Positions 53,411 through 64,000 of a stretch of DNA of 64,000 nucleotides are shown piece by piece. The notes beneath the pieces were generated by a model. That model was given only the letters and a program-made list of their open reading frames with translations, was not told where the DNA came from and searched no databases. Numbering within the stretch: position 1 is the first letter of the stretch; every line of letters begins with the position of its first letter. A program made the position numbers and the translations under genes. The DNA is from Octopus vulgaris (Eukaryota), in NCBI GenBank assembly GCA_951406725.2, contig OX597831.1:18414001-18478000 (forward strand), read 5' to 3'.

Positions 53411-54777
53411 GAGTTACATTTTCAAATACTCAGGGAGAGACGAAAGGAAAGGTATTCACAGAAGTTGTAGATATCGTTTGTGTGTTCGAAACTGTAGACA
53501 TGTCAGTTTCTTAACTTTTTTTGAGGGGAATTTGAAATTCTCACAGGAAATTGTAGATATCCCAGTCTTTGAAATTTATTCTTTGACATCAGATGGCATT
53601 ATTTACCCTTTGTATATGAAAAGTATATCACACGTATTGATCTTAAATTTCAGCCTGTGATTTTATCGAAATATTTTTGATGTTTAAGGTAAATAATTTA
53701 TTTCACGTTCTGCCTGACCGAAAATCATCCAGTTGATTGAATGACTTTACTACATTTGAAACTGTATCATGATGTCATAAACTCTCCCCATGATGTTACA
53801 TCTGTAATACATGTTCTCATCTATCTGCCGATACAATTTATAATTTAATCTGGCATCTCTATCAAATAAAGCCTTTGTACAATCCTGAATGTAGGGTGTG
53901 GCATGTCATAAGATTTCGAATAATTGATCCCTGCATTCCCGTATTAAGATGTATTTTCTTACAGCATCATTCCATGTATTAGAGTCGATACTTTTAATCT
54001 ACATCTTGCCATGCACTTTTATAAAGGGAGTAGACAAGAAATGTCTGCCAATGAACATATTACCTTTCATTAATCGGGATTAATAGAATAATTACCATTT
54101 CAGTATTGGGTTCGAATTCATCACCGTTGAAATTACTGAATTTCTACCAATATTTGAAACTAGTATTATTAAGGCAATTTCGTGCAGAATAATTTGGACG
54201 TCGGAACAAGCAGGGTCATTTCTTACGTTTTATAAACTGAGACTAAATATCGACGAGGTCTATTCTACCGTTCATTATTTTGGGATCAATAAAAAAAATT
54301 CAGTTGAACACCGTGGTCTATCTAAGCGTGTAATACCTCAGCACAATGCTTCCGGTTTTTGCTTATAGTAGAAAGTAATATCATTGTATTCGACATTATC
54401 TTTAAAAATAATGTCACATCTGCTAATGGATATTATGCGTTTTACAATCGACTTCATATTGATTTATTCAAAAAGGCTAATATGGCTCTGTGTGATTTCA
54501 TGAGGCAACGAATTTGCATATTTCAGTTGCATTAAACATTACTCAGACAGTGGTCATTACTAGCAGTGATATAATACGAAATCCAAGTCAAACTCATGAA
54601 GTTATATTTTTGAAAGCATATCAAATAATTTAAGAAATATATCAAATAGAATTTTGATTCGAATTCATACTTTAATGATATTAACTATTTCGTTTTAGAA
54701 AAAGCTACCAAAAAGTTCCAGTTGCAAACATAAGGTACGTGATGTCATCAACTGAATCAGCATTCTAAACGATACTA

Positions 54778-55338
54778 TTGGGTTGTCCGGAAAGTTCGTG
54801 CCGATCTATAGCAGCTTGCTTTTCCACTTATTTTAAAATATGGTTGAACCCATCAAATAGGATTTGACTAGACCTCCATTTAGAGCACAGTTTAAGCTAT
54901 GTTTTCGTGGAAGAAGTTTTATGTTCCATAACCTGTGTTAATTCTGTAACCCTTTAAAATGGAAGATAAGAAAGTTCATTTTAGGCAATTGATGCTTTGG
55001 GAAAGAGACAAAAATTGCTGCAGCTTGGCTGTGATGTGTTACCCCACCCTCCATATTCACCAGATATTGCTCCTTCGGATTTCCACTTATTCAGGTCTCT
55101 GCAGAATAGTCTTAATGGCAAGAATTTCAGTTTCTTGGACGACGTAAAAAGATACCTTGAATTCTTTGCCATGAAACCACCTCAATTCTGGGAAGAGGGT
55201 ATTTTTAAGTTAAAGGAAAGATGGAGACGCATTGTGCAACAAAATGGTTCATATTAGTTGATTAAAAATGCAATGAAAAGTATTTATTAATCTTTTTCTT
55301 TCATTAAAAAATCGTCACGAACTTTCCGGACAACCCAA
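54778..55338 (+). mobile_element. Internally deleted mariner element in gene C intron 4
   Basis: TA-flanked TIRs ttgggttgtccggaaagttcgtg / cacgaactttccggacaacccaa. MEDKKVHFRQLMLW is joined directly to LPHPPYSPDIAPSDFHLF. Confidence 0.9.
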
Positions 55339-56423
55339 TATTTTAATTTGCACCAGCAAAAATAAATGTTGTCACATAACTACTTAACTACATTATATTG
55401 TAAATAGAATATCCGTGCTATATTGATATATTACATTTTGTAAATACATGATGATAATCGACCTAATGATACTGCTAGGTCATATATAAACGTATCCATT
55501 ATTACTTGTAGCAATATTATTAACCAATGCCAAACCTATCAGTCATAGAAGATACACGATATTAATGTAGTTTATGTTTATTAAAAGCGTATCTTTTTGA
55601 CAAGTTATGACAAATATATGCCACAAAATGTGTGTCATTTTCATAAAAATATAACAGTATGAAAGATATACGTTTGTCATTCAAGAGCGCTCAATGTTTA
55701 AATTCCAGTTCATTATTTATTTCGGGAAAACAGTTTTCTAGCATCAACTATAACCTGTAATCACTCTCTCTGTAATTGTTTTAGCTTCAAATCGAGGTTT
55801 CAGATCAAATTCATTTTCAGGCAAATATATTTCACCTCTCTAATTTCCATAATCATGTGTTAAGATGTTCTACACTTGTTACTGTTCTCTTTATAGATGA
55901 CTTTCAGAGCAGCAATACTTACTGCTGTTGTGGGTACATTATTAATGTATAACTAAGCATATTGAATGCTTCCATGAAAATAATACTGTGTGAATCAGAA
56001 AATTTGAATGAAGTATCAGTAATGTGTACTTGAAACATATTCATAATAGGATGCGTTAAACAATTTTTGTTTTCTTTCTAACTTGATTTTAATAAAGCCA
56101 CGAAGGTTCAAAATCTACTTCTATTATTCTTTTACTGCAACAAACGCAACGGCAGTTGCCATACTGGAGAACAGACTATCTAGTACCCACTAAGTATATA
56201 GTACTAAACATTTCCTAAACAAAGATTTTCAATGTTTTTTTCCTCATACGCAATTCGTTCAGAAAATTTCGCATACCCGGAATCTCAGATACGAAGGACC
56301 AAATTCATGACTTAAAATCATTCAGGTTCCCACCATGTACATCATTCAGTTTCTGTCGCAATATTTTTTAATGTCCGACGCCATGTGCACTTGGGTGTAT
56401 AGTCTATGTTGTGATGAGAGGCA

Positions 56424-57250
56424 TGACGCTCCCATGCGAGAGACAGACTGGTCGGTCTGAGTAAAGTATAAATAGTAACGATCCGAGTGGATTCACAGTT
56501 TGGAGTCGTGTGAAGTTCAGGTTAGTCCACAATGAAATGAGAAGGTGTCGGTTGGTTATTTCAGAAGGAATATTTATTGCAGGTTGCTAAAGATATTTGT
56601 TAGCTCGTTACATTGTTTTTACGGGTTTCTGTTTATCTTATTTAATGTACGTAATCATTACGCAAAATAAGTGGAATACATTTTCATCTTCAGTTGGATA
56701 CTGGAAGTGATATTTTAATAATAAATATGGGCAGGTGCAAGAAAACAAGGAAACGTATTTTGAGAAAGAGAGCGAAATCTGCTCGTAGCGTGACGGGTGA
56801 TAAATTATATTTCATAGGCGAAATGTGGACTAATGACACATTCGAGTGAAAACATGCAAGGCGAAAGTGATCCTCCTTAGAAATGCAACCGATCTGTTGG
56901 GACCGATTGGGTAGAATCATTCGATTTATGGAAACTCTCCATAAACTTGCATTGTAGAAATGTAAATGATTGTCCCATTCAAAATACTTCGTTTGAGGTG
57001 TTAATAACAAAACTAAAAGAAAAACACTTTTCCGCTAGCACTCTCGGATAAACTACTTTTACGTACAAAGACTGAAACGTGTTGTGAATTAGATGATAAC
57101 GTTAAACCTATGATCAAGCTTAACAGAGAAGTGTCTTTTGCGACAGTACAGCGGGTGGACGACGAGTTGAACAGATTGGAAGAAAAAACACGGAATCTTT
57201 GAAAAAGATTGGAGCTATGCATATTTTGGGCGCTCGTGTTTTCAGAGTTG
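56424..57250 (+). mobile_element. Possible LTR plus decayed integrase-region relic
   Basis: TGT start, gtataaatag TATA box and initiator-like cacagtt, then decayed KRILRKRAK..GDKLYF. The 3' flank homology with gene B ends just before this. Confidence 0.3.
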
Positions 57251-58410
57251 TTACAATGTAAGTTTTGATAATAGAGAGGAAGTTTTCGTTTATTAGAGGC
57301 TGTTATGATACTCAAATTTAGGCGGGGAGGGATAGGATAGCTTTAAGTTAGATCTATTAAAATTAGAGTAATAGTTATTTTGACGACGGAAGTTGGAGCC
57401 CAGTATATTAAAAAAGGATTTAGCCAAGTTCTTAAAGTTTAGTGAGAAGTGAGTTGTATAGAATAGAAGAGAGCGCCGAAAGCATTTTCGTTTTGTTTTG
57501 ATAGCTTAAGGGTACTGTTACCTATAAATTTTAGAGGTGGGTAATATGGTCCATTATTGTTAGCTCTTTTAGCTTTTGACCTAGTGTTATATGTGTGCAT
57601 GTGGGATATAAGTTGTGTTAGGTTGGGTTATCCCGGGGTTCTAGTATAGTGTATGTGTTGTCTGTTGTGATACTGGTGGTTGGCATTTTGTGTTATGATT
57701 TGAGATATATGTTGCTTGAGCCTAGTAATAGGGATGCATTTTATTTGTTGGGAGAAAGCACCGGCAGCGAGCGCTTGGTTGTAATATGTGGTATGGTTAT
57801 CGAATATGAGGCATGGTACACCTCAGTCGACGAGAGGTCAGATATACGAATTGAGATACCCGTAACTATATTATCAAAGGTGGATCTGTAGTGATTGAAA
57901 TTGTTATATCAGGATTATTGGCAGATTTCTAAGCAGCTCAAATTAACGTCTGGAAAATTAGTGGTTTGTGGGAATTTTCAAAATGAATATATAGATTGAG
58001 GCTAGAGAAAAAAGTTATGTAGATCTTTCCGTAGTCCGTTCTAAAGTGGATTTATTTAAGCTCTTAGTTAGGGATGTATTTTATTTGTTGGGAGAAAGCG
58101 CTGGCAGCGAGCACGTGGTTGTAATATGGGGCGTCGTTATCGAATATTTCCTCAGTGGATGAGAGGACAGATATACGAATTGAGAAATCGTTAACTAAAT
58201 TATCAGCGGTGGATTTGTGGTGATTGGAATTGATGTTTAACAAACTAAGGTATTGGTTAGGCTTGCAATATGGGGAGTATTTGGAGGTTTCTATGTTTAA
58301 TGTTTTGTCTAGGAAATTAATGGTTTTGTGGGTGTTTTCAGAAGTAATAGGTACATTGAGGCAAGAGAAAACATTGTGTAGATGCTTCCTAGTCCGTTCC
58401 AAAGAGGATT
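57250..58410 (-). mobile_element. Penelope RT relic with an internal 340-bp tandem duplication (57731 and 58071)
   Basis: ORF 58064-58402 INFLD.TLN....YSPY.KPN......SNH..RIS.LSS.EEIF..AP.Y. gggatg.attttatttgttgggagaaagc is repeated 340 bp apart. Confidence 0.75.
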
Positions 58411-58699
58411 AATTTAAACTCTTGGTGACCAGCAAGGCGTCATCTCTTTAGAGGCCTCTTCTCTTGATGGTGGATGAACAGCACCTGGAACCTACATCTC
58501 CACAATTTTCAATTGTGATGACAACATATGAACTCCTATTGGTATTAACATACCACGGACAGGAAGCATTTCTACCACTTCTACACACCATGTTCCTTGG
58601 ATAATGGAACTGCAACTATAACATCTGTATACATATTTTTCATTTCTACACTAATTCTCCTATTTCCCTTTATACCGCTTATTTGAGTCCTTTTCCAAA

Positions 58700-59160
58700 A
58701 TAACGCATCATATTGAAATCTAATATCTTAAGCACGAGGCAACAACATAACCTAAAGAAACAATTAACAAAGGCAAAATTCAACTTGAACAAACAGGAGG
58801 GCACATTCACAGTATCCACGTGTAATGGTAAAATATATGGAACGTGTCAATCCATGCATACGAGTAGATCCATTAGAGCAAGAAATGGGCAGATTTTCGC
58901 AAATGCAGATATTAACTGCAAAAGCTGAAATTGTATCTAGTGCATTAAATGCCCGAAATTTATATAGGCGAGACAGGGGTTGCATTATGAGAACACTCGC
59001 AATCCCAGACCAAATGTTCACCGCATTTCAAGGTAAACTTCAGAGAAATGTCAGAAAATGTTTCCTTTACACAAACTACATGACACAAGTGAGGTTGCAG
59101 GAAACATAAAAGAAAAACGGTTTATTACAATGTTCAAACCTGTTCTGAACGGAAATAACA
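58700..59160 (+). mobile_element. Penelope GIY-YIG relic
   Basis: NLKKQLTKAKF..C...C..INCKS*NCI*CIKCP.FIGETG, decayed. Confidence 0.55.
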
Positions 59161-59289
59161 ACAATAGTATAACAACCAGTTAATGATGTGGATTAATAGA
59201 TATCAACAAGTTGCTGAATATCAGTATGCCTAACAACCCGTGATATTTAAGAGCATACTGATTGATAAAAAAGGCATTCTAAAACTTCA

Positions 59290-61190
59290 GCTTGTGTTTT
59301 CAGCGGTGATAAAGTTAATAGCACCACCTGGCATAGTCGTTCAATTCAGGATTTGGGCACCAAGGCCCATTCGAGCTGAGAGCTATTGTTTGCGGAGACA
59401 TATCCATGTGTGGGTGGTTTGTCCGGGACTGTTTGAAGGAATTTGTCCAAAGACTTCTTGAATTTTGTGTGGTCAGTTTCTTCTTTGACGTGTCCTGGTG
59501 TAATGTTGAAGAGAGCGGGTCCAATTGGAGTGAAATAGTTGTGCCATATTGTCGTTATGTGATGCGATTTAGATTTTTGTTGTGGACGGATGGCACGTGG
59601 TCCAAGCCTTGGATGTATTTTGAAGGTGATGCCAACATCATTCGGACAGTGCTGATGGAATATTTTCCACATCATATAGATAATGTAGTGTTCACGGCGT
59701 CGTTGGAGTGAATACAATTTCAGCCTCTCTAGTCTACCCCAGTAGTAAAGGTCTGACACGCCATCTATCTTTTTTGTGATTGACCTTTGGGGAGCTTCAA
59801 CTTTCATAATATTCCGTTTTGTGTAGGGAGACCACACTGGACACCAGTATTCAAGGTGAGGTCGGGCAAAAGTGGAGAAGAGAAGGATAATGGTGTGTGA
59901 ATCTCTCGACTGGATGGTTCTGAGAATCCAGGAACACATTCTGCGGGTTATGTCAACTTTGCTGCTTATATATGTAGCCCAGCTTATGTTGTTGTCAACA
60001 GTTACTCCCAAGTCTCTGATATTGTTAGACGCCATGAGAATTTCACCAGAAGGAAGGGAGTATGGGAGTTTCAGAGCGTCCTCCCTTCCAAAGTGTATCA
60101 ATTCGAATTTGTCTTCGTTTAGCAACATGTTTTTTCCGCCCATTGGACAACAGCCAGAAGATCTGACTGAAGGTTTATCCGGTCAGCCACGCCATTGATG
60201 ACCTTCTGGAGCTTGGAATCATCAGCGAAGATTCTGATGTTACTGTGTTTGATGATGTCAGTGATGTCATTAATGTATATGATGAAGAGAAGTGGGCCTA
60301 ACACAGTGCCTTGTGGGACACCGCTACTAACTTTGGCTGGGCTGGATTTGACTCCTTCAACTGCAACATGTTGGGTTCTGTTTGACAGGAAGCCCTTGAT
60401 CCACTGCAGCAGCTTTCCAGTGACACCAATATTGGACAGCTTTCTGAAAAGGGTCTTATGATCAACCCTCTCAAAGGCCTTGCTGAAATCAAGGTAGATA
60501 ACATCAGTTTTGGAACCCTCTCCCAAGGCTCCCAAAATGTCATCGAAGTGATGCAGTAGCTGCGTCAGGCAATCTCTCCCATTACGGAATCCATGCTGGT
60601 TGGGGTTCAGCATATTATGACTCTCAAGGAAGTGAGTCATACGCGATCTCAGCACCCTCTCAAATACCTTAATGATATGAGAGGTGAGTGAGATTGGACG
60701 GTAATTCACGGCAAGGGATTTGTTTCCTTTTTTGAAAACTGGGACAACAGACTGGGATAGAAGGTCTTTCTGTATATATCCAGCATCCAGTGAGTTCCGC
60801 AACAGATTGGCTACAGGGGGTGCAAGTTGGTTTTGACACATCCTCAAGACACAAGCAGGGAACCTATCGGGACCTACTGCTGAATTATGCTTCATTTCCT
60901 TTATTGCTGGTAAGACATCAGGAGCGCCAAACGTTATGTCCGATAAAGTGTATTGGGGAGTAACATCACTGATACAGCCCAGACAAGCCATATCAGGATT
61001 GCTGAAAACAGAGCAGTATTTTTTCTGCAACATCTCTCCCATGGTTTTGGCATTGTTTTGAAGAGTACCATTTTCATCAATCAGAGGGCCAACACCAGAG
61101 CCAGTAACTTTGTGTTTTTTTTTCAAATGAGAAGAACACTTTGCGATTAAGTTTGATCTTCTCAATGGCCCAGCCCTCTTCAACTCTTCT
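59290..61190 (-). mobile_element. 5'-truncated CR1/L2-group LINE (RT region)
   Basis: NYRPISLTS, QHGFR, YLDFSKAF, SGVPQGTVLGPLLFIIYIND, FADDSKL, RPHLEY, LYSLQRRR. One frameshift near 60135. Confidence 0.92.
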
Positions 61191-61467
61191 CTGACTATTG
61201 ATGATAAACATCATTTTGTTTTGGAGTGTATGTTTTTTAATCTCTAGCGACGAGATGGCAGTCAGGTTGGTGTGTTGCTGTTGACAGTATTTCAGCTCGT
61301 TGATTTTTTTGTTAATTATTTTAATTTTTTCTGATGAGAGGTTTTCTATTTCTAGGGATTCTGCACTTAGATTTGTTTGCAGACCTTAATGGACCTGCAA
61401 ACAATTGTAGATCTTAAGATATATATATTCTTAACAAAAGAGGGGCTATATTTCCACGCGGGTAAAA

Positions 61468-62003
61468 ATGTAGGCAAATATGTTGTTGAGAATGCACTCA
61501 AATTTGAGAAAATTGTAATTGTTTAAAAGAAATTTATTTACATATACACCAAACTAACTTCAACAATATTTTTGTGTAAGATTCATAAAAATTTAGAATT
61601 ATGAATAACTATAAGAAGAGAAAATGAAGAGGTAATAAATAAATTATAATTTATTATTTGACATATTGTAAAACACTCCATACATATGTTTTTAACCTTT
61701 ACTTGTGAATTATGAGTTAGAAAAAACATGTTTAAACGTTTCAATATTGACATGTCTAAATGTTCATAACTGACAAATTTAGATTTCGGAAAGAGAAAAA
61801 AAGTGTTTAAAATCTTTAATGTTGGCAAATCAAAATTTTTATAACTGTCAATAATATAAAAACTGAGCCTCAACTTTATGTATAACTAAATTTGGTTGTT
61901 GTAAACATTTAAACTTGTCAACTCTGAAACTTTGTAACATGTTTTTTCTTTTTTTGAAACAATTACAATTTTTCAAATTTAGGTTCATTTTCAGCAACAA
62001 ATT

Positions 62004-62010
<7 letters not shown>
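61468..62010. mobile_element. MITE with ~60-bp imperfect TIRs
   Basis: gcaaatatgttgttgagaatgcactcaaatttgagaaaattgtaattgttt versus aaacaattacaatttttcaaatttaggttcattttcagcaacaaatttgc. Confidence 0.65.
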
Positions 62011-62049
<39 letters not shown>

Positions 62050-62243
62050 TAGTTGAATGGATTATCTTATTAAGGATAATTCGGTTAACCGGTACCTGGG
62101 TAGCAAATTCACGTCAGAAAAACACGGTTGAAGCTGCATGCCAAGGGCAGAGATCACGTGCTTTCGTGAGGAAATTTGTGTGACTTTTTGATACAAATAA
62201 ATGAAAGAATGGAGTTGAACGACGAATTAACAAAATTCCTTTA

Positions 62244-62326
62244 TTCTCGACATATGTTTCGAAGGCTGCATATTCCTATTTTCGAAGGAATAAGTGGCGT
62301 ATTATGTCGCCTTCTCATCAGGAAAA
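62244..62326 (-). ncRNA. Hammerhead ribozyme, inverted copy
   Basis: Minus strand UUUUC-CUGAUGA-GAAGGC..GCCUUC-GAAA-CAUAUG-UC-GAGAA with a palindromic ACAUAUGU stem III. Confidence 0.8.
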
Positions 62327-63801
62327 AAGAAGGAACGTATGTCAGCATCAAGATGAACAAAACTTTTAGATGACTGCCCACACGGAGCCCATAGCGATAA
62401 TGAGTGTTTCTTTAAAATATTCCGTTATAAGCAGTGACGTAAAAAATGGTTGAATGTAGAAGATGCTAGAAGGTTCAAGGGTTCACACAAGTTTGGAGGA
62501 GAGAGGTCTAAGAATAAGAAGGTGACAGGGAGCAAGTCATGTGAATGGTGATTTGTTGTTGCTTTCTTTTGTGATTGATTGCCTATGTGTGTGTATGTAT
62601 ATAAGTTGAATAATGATTGGAGATCCTCTGAGATAATTTAGAAGTAGTTGCCCCAATGACATCGGTACGGGAAGAAATTTTACACTGGTAAATTGAATTT
62701 CTAATTTTGGAATTGCTGGATAAGAACTTTAATCTGTTAGGGTTTACCTCCGAGACTAAGACGGAGTTTTTATTGTTATGATTGCTGTTAATATTATTGC
62801 TAGCATTGACCACAATACTATTCCTATTATTATCATTACTATTAATTGTACTATCGTCGGCAATTTCCCTGACTATAGGAATGCTGGGGTTGTTATCATC
62901 AATACTACCACTGTTATTAGAAATGCTGTCGTTATTACCACTAACACTACCACTGTTAATAATACGACTAATATTATTATTAATATTACTATTGTTAATG
63001 CCAACGCTGCTATGAATATTGCTATTATCAATAATATTTCTATTATTATTATTAATGTATGTTTGGTTGGAATTGGTAAGGGCGGTGTCGTAACTCCCGG
63101 GTGATGAGTCCTTATTTAGCAGCTTGTTATTATGGGAGGCAATGATCTGCGATAGATTTCTAGTGTTGGAGAAAGCAATCCTTACCTTATGCGAATTGAT
63201 AGTAGAGTAATACCTAGAATTCCTGGGAAAGTTCCTAGCTACAGCTTCACGGAACTGTAAAGGGAGGTTTTGACCTGATTTGTTTCCCGAAAGGTATGAC
63301 AAACCAGATAAGTCCACAAAAACTATACCCAACCCATTGAGGTATGTTTTACCTTTGCCTCTCTACCTCGCCCTCCTCTCTCTCTCTCTCTCCCTCTCTC
63401 TATCGTAAGCACAATCAAACACACAGACACAAACCTGTCACTTCACCACTGTTTGTTTTTGGCATCTACCCAACCACACACAAAATCACGCACACACATA
63501 CACACATATAGACACGAATGCAGTTATATACATACACACACATAGGCGCTCAATCACACAAGCAAACAACACATCACTATTCATATGACTTGCACCCTAT
63601 CACCTTCCTATTCTTAGATCTCTCCCCTCCAACCTTGTTTGAACCCTTGAACTTTCTAGAATCTTCTACATTCTACCATTTTTGACGTCACTGCTTCTAA
63701 CGGAATATTTTAAAGAAACACTCATTATCGCTATGGGCTCCGTGTGGCCAGTCATCTAAAAGTTTTTTGTTCATCTTGATGCTGACATAAGTTCTTTGTT
63801 T

Positions 63802-63884
63802 TTTTCCTGATGAGAAGGCGACATAATGCACTCCTTATTCCTTCGAAATTAGGAATATGCAGCCTTCGAAACGTATGTCGAGAA
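63802..63884 (+). ncRNA. Type I hammerhead ribozyme with extended stem II
   Basis: UUUUC-CUGAUGA-GAAGGC..insert..GCCUUC-GAAA-CGUAUG-UC-GAGAA; GUC site. Confidence 0.8.
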
Positions 63885-63925
63885 TAAAGGAATTTTGTTA
63901 ATTCGTCGTTCAACTCCATTCTTTC

Positions 63926-64000
<75 letters not shown>

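Larger units (their letters stand above)
48435..55956 (+). pseudogene. Gene C, splice-damaged paralog. Exons 48435-48474 (MRNLMLLTFVLLFG), 49583-49676 (EAATKNKCIILGTARCNSLFHQYLSSDDIC), ~51302-51383 (..LCIDLYDKICHEKYKVNHICI), 54699-54734 (KKLPKSSSCKHK), 55897-55956 (MTFRAAILTAVVGTLLMYN*)
   Basis: Exon order, phases and Cys positions match gene B. The exon-2 donor reads ttatgt, the exon-3 donor reads atgagt, and the exon-3 acceptor position lies in a T/G homopolymer run. Confidence 0.8.
62197..63931 (-). mobile_element. Penelope-like element with ~410-bp inverted arms (62197-62604 and 63523-63931) around an RT-linker/GIY-YIG relic with an Asn-rich insert
   Basis: ORF 62583-63332 NFP..YYSTINSHKVRIAFSNTRNLSQIIASHNNKLL..SIYQCKI..IG.T..RISNH. 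The arms are reverse complements. Confidence 0.85.

Noticed and set aside
62778-63104. Hydrophobic plus-strand ORFs resembling membrane proteins
   Set aside because: Antisense reading of an (AAT)n-derived Asn-rich insert in a Penelope ORF.

Overview
AT-rich, microsatellite-dense animal DNA; the SINE, Penelope and Dong repertoire points to an octopod cephalopod (inference). Most long ORFs are transposon-derived: Penelope-like elements with hammerhead ribozymes and inverted pseudo-LTRs, a near-intact R4/Dong-type LINE in (TAA)n, degraded RTE and CR1-type LINEs, Tc1/mariner, Helitron- and MITE-like elements, and tRNA-derived SINEs. The main result is not in the ORF track. It is a tandem (+)-strand cluster of five-exon genes with 30-94 nt exons, encoding ~100-aa six-cysteine proteins with a signal peptide and a GPI-signal-like C-terminal tail. 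Gene A (3' exons only) lies at 443-4448, complete gene B at 22098-37279 (102 aa), and splice-damaged gene C at 48435-55956, with probable relic copies between A and B. The Cys core (C-x8-C-x7-C) resembles neuritin and the RGM N-terminal domain. A second notable structure is an ORF1-only L1/Tx1-like element inserted into a SINE that itself sits in a Tc1 transposon. All coordinates and translations were derived by eye.
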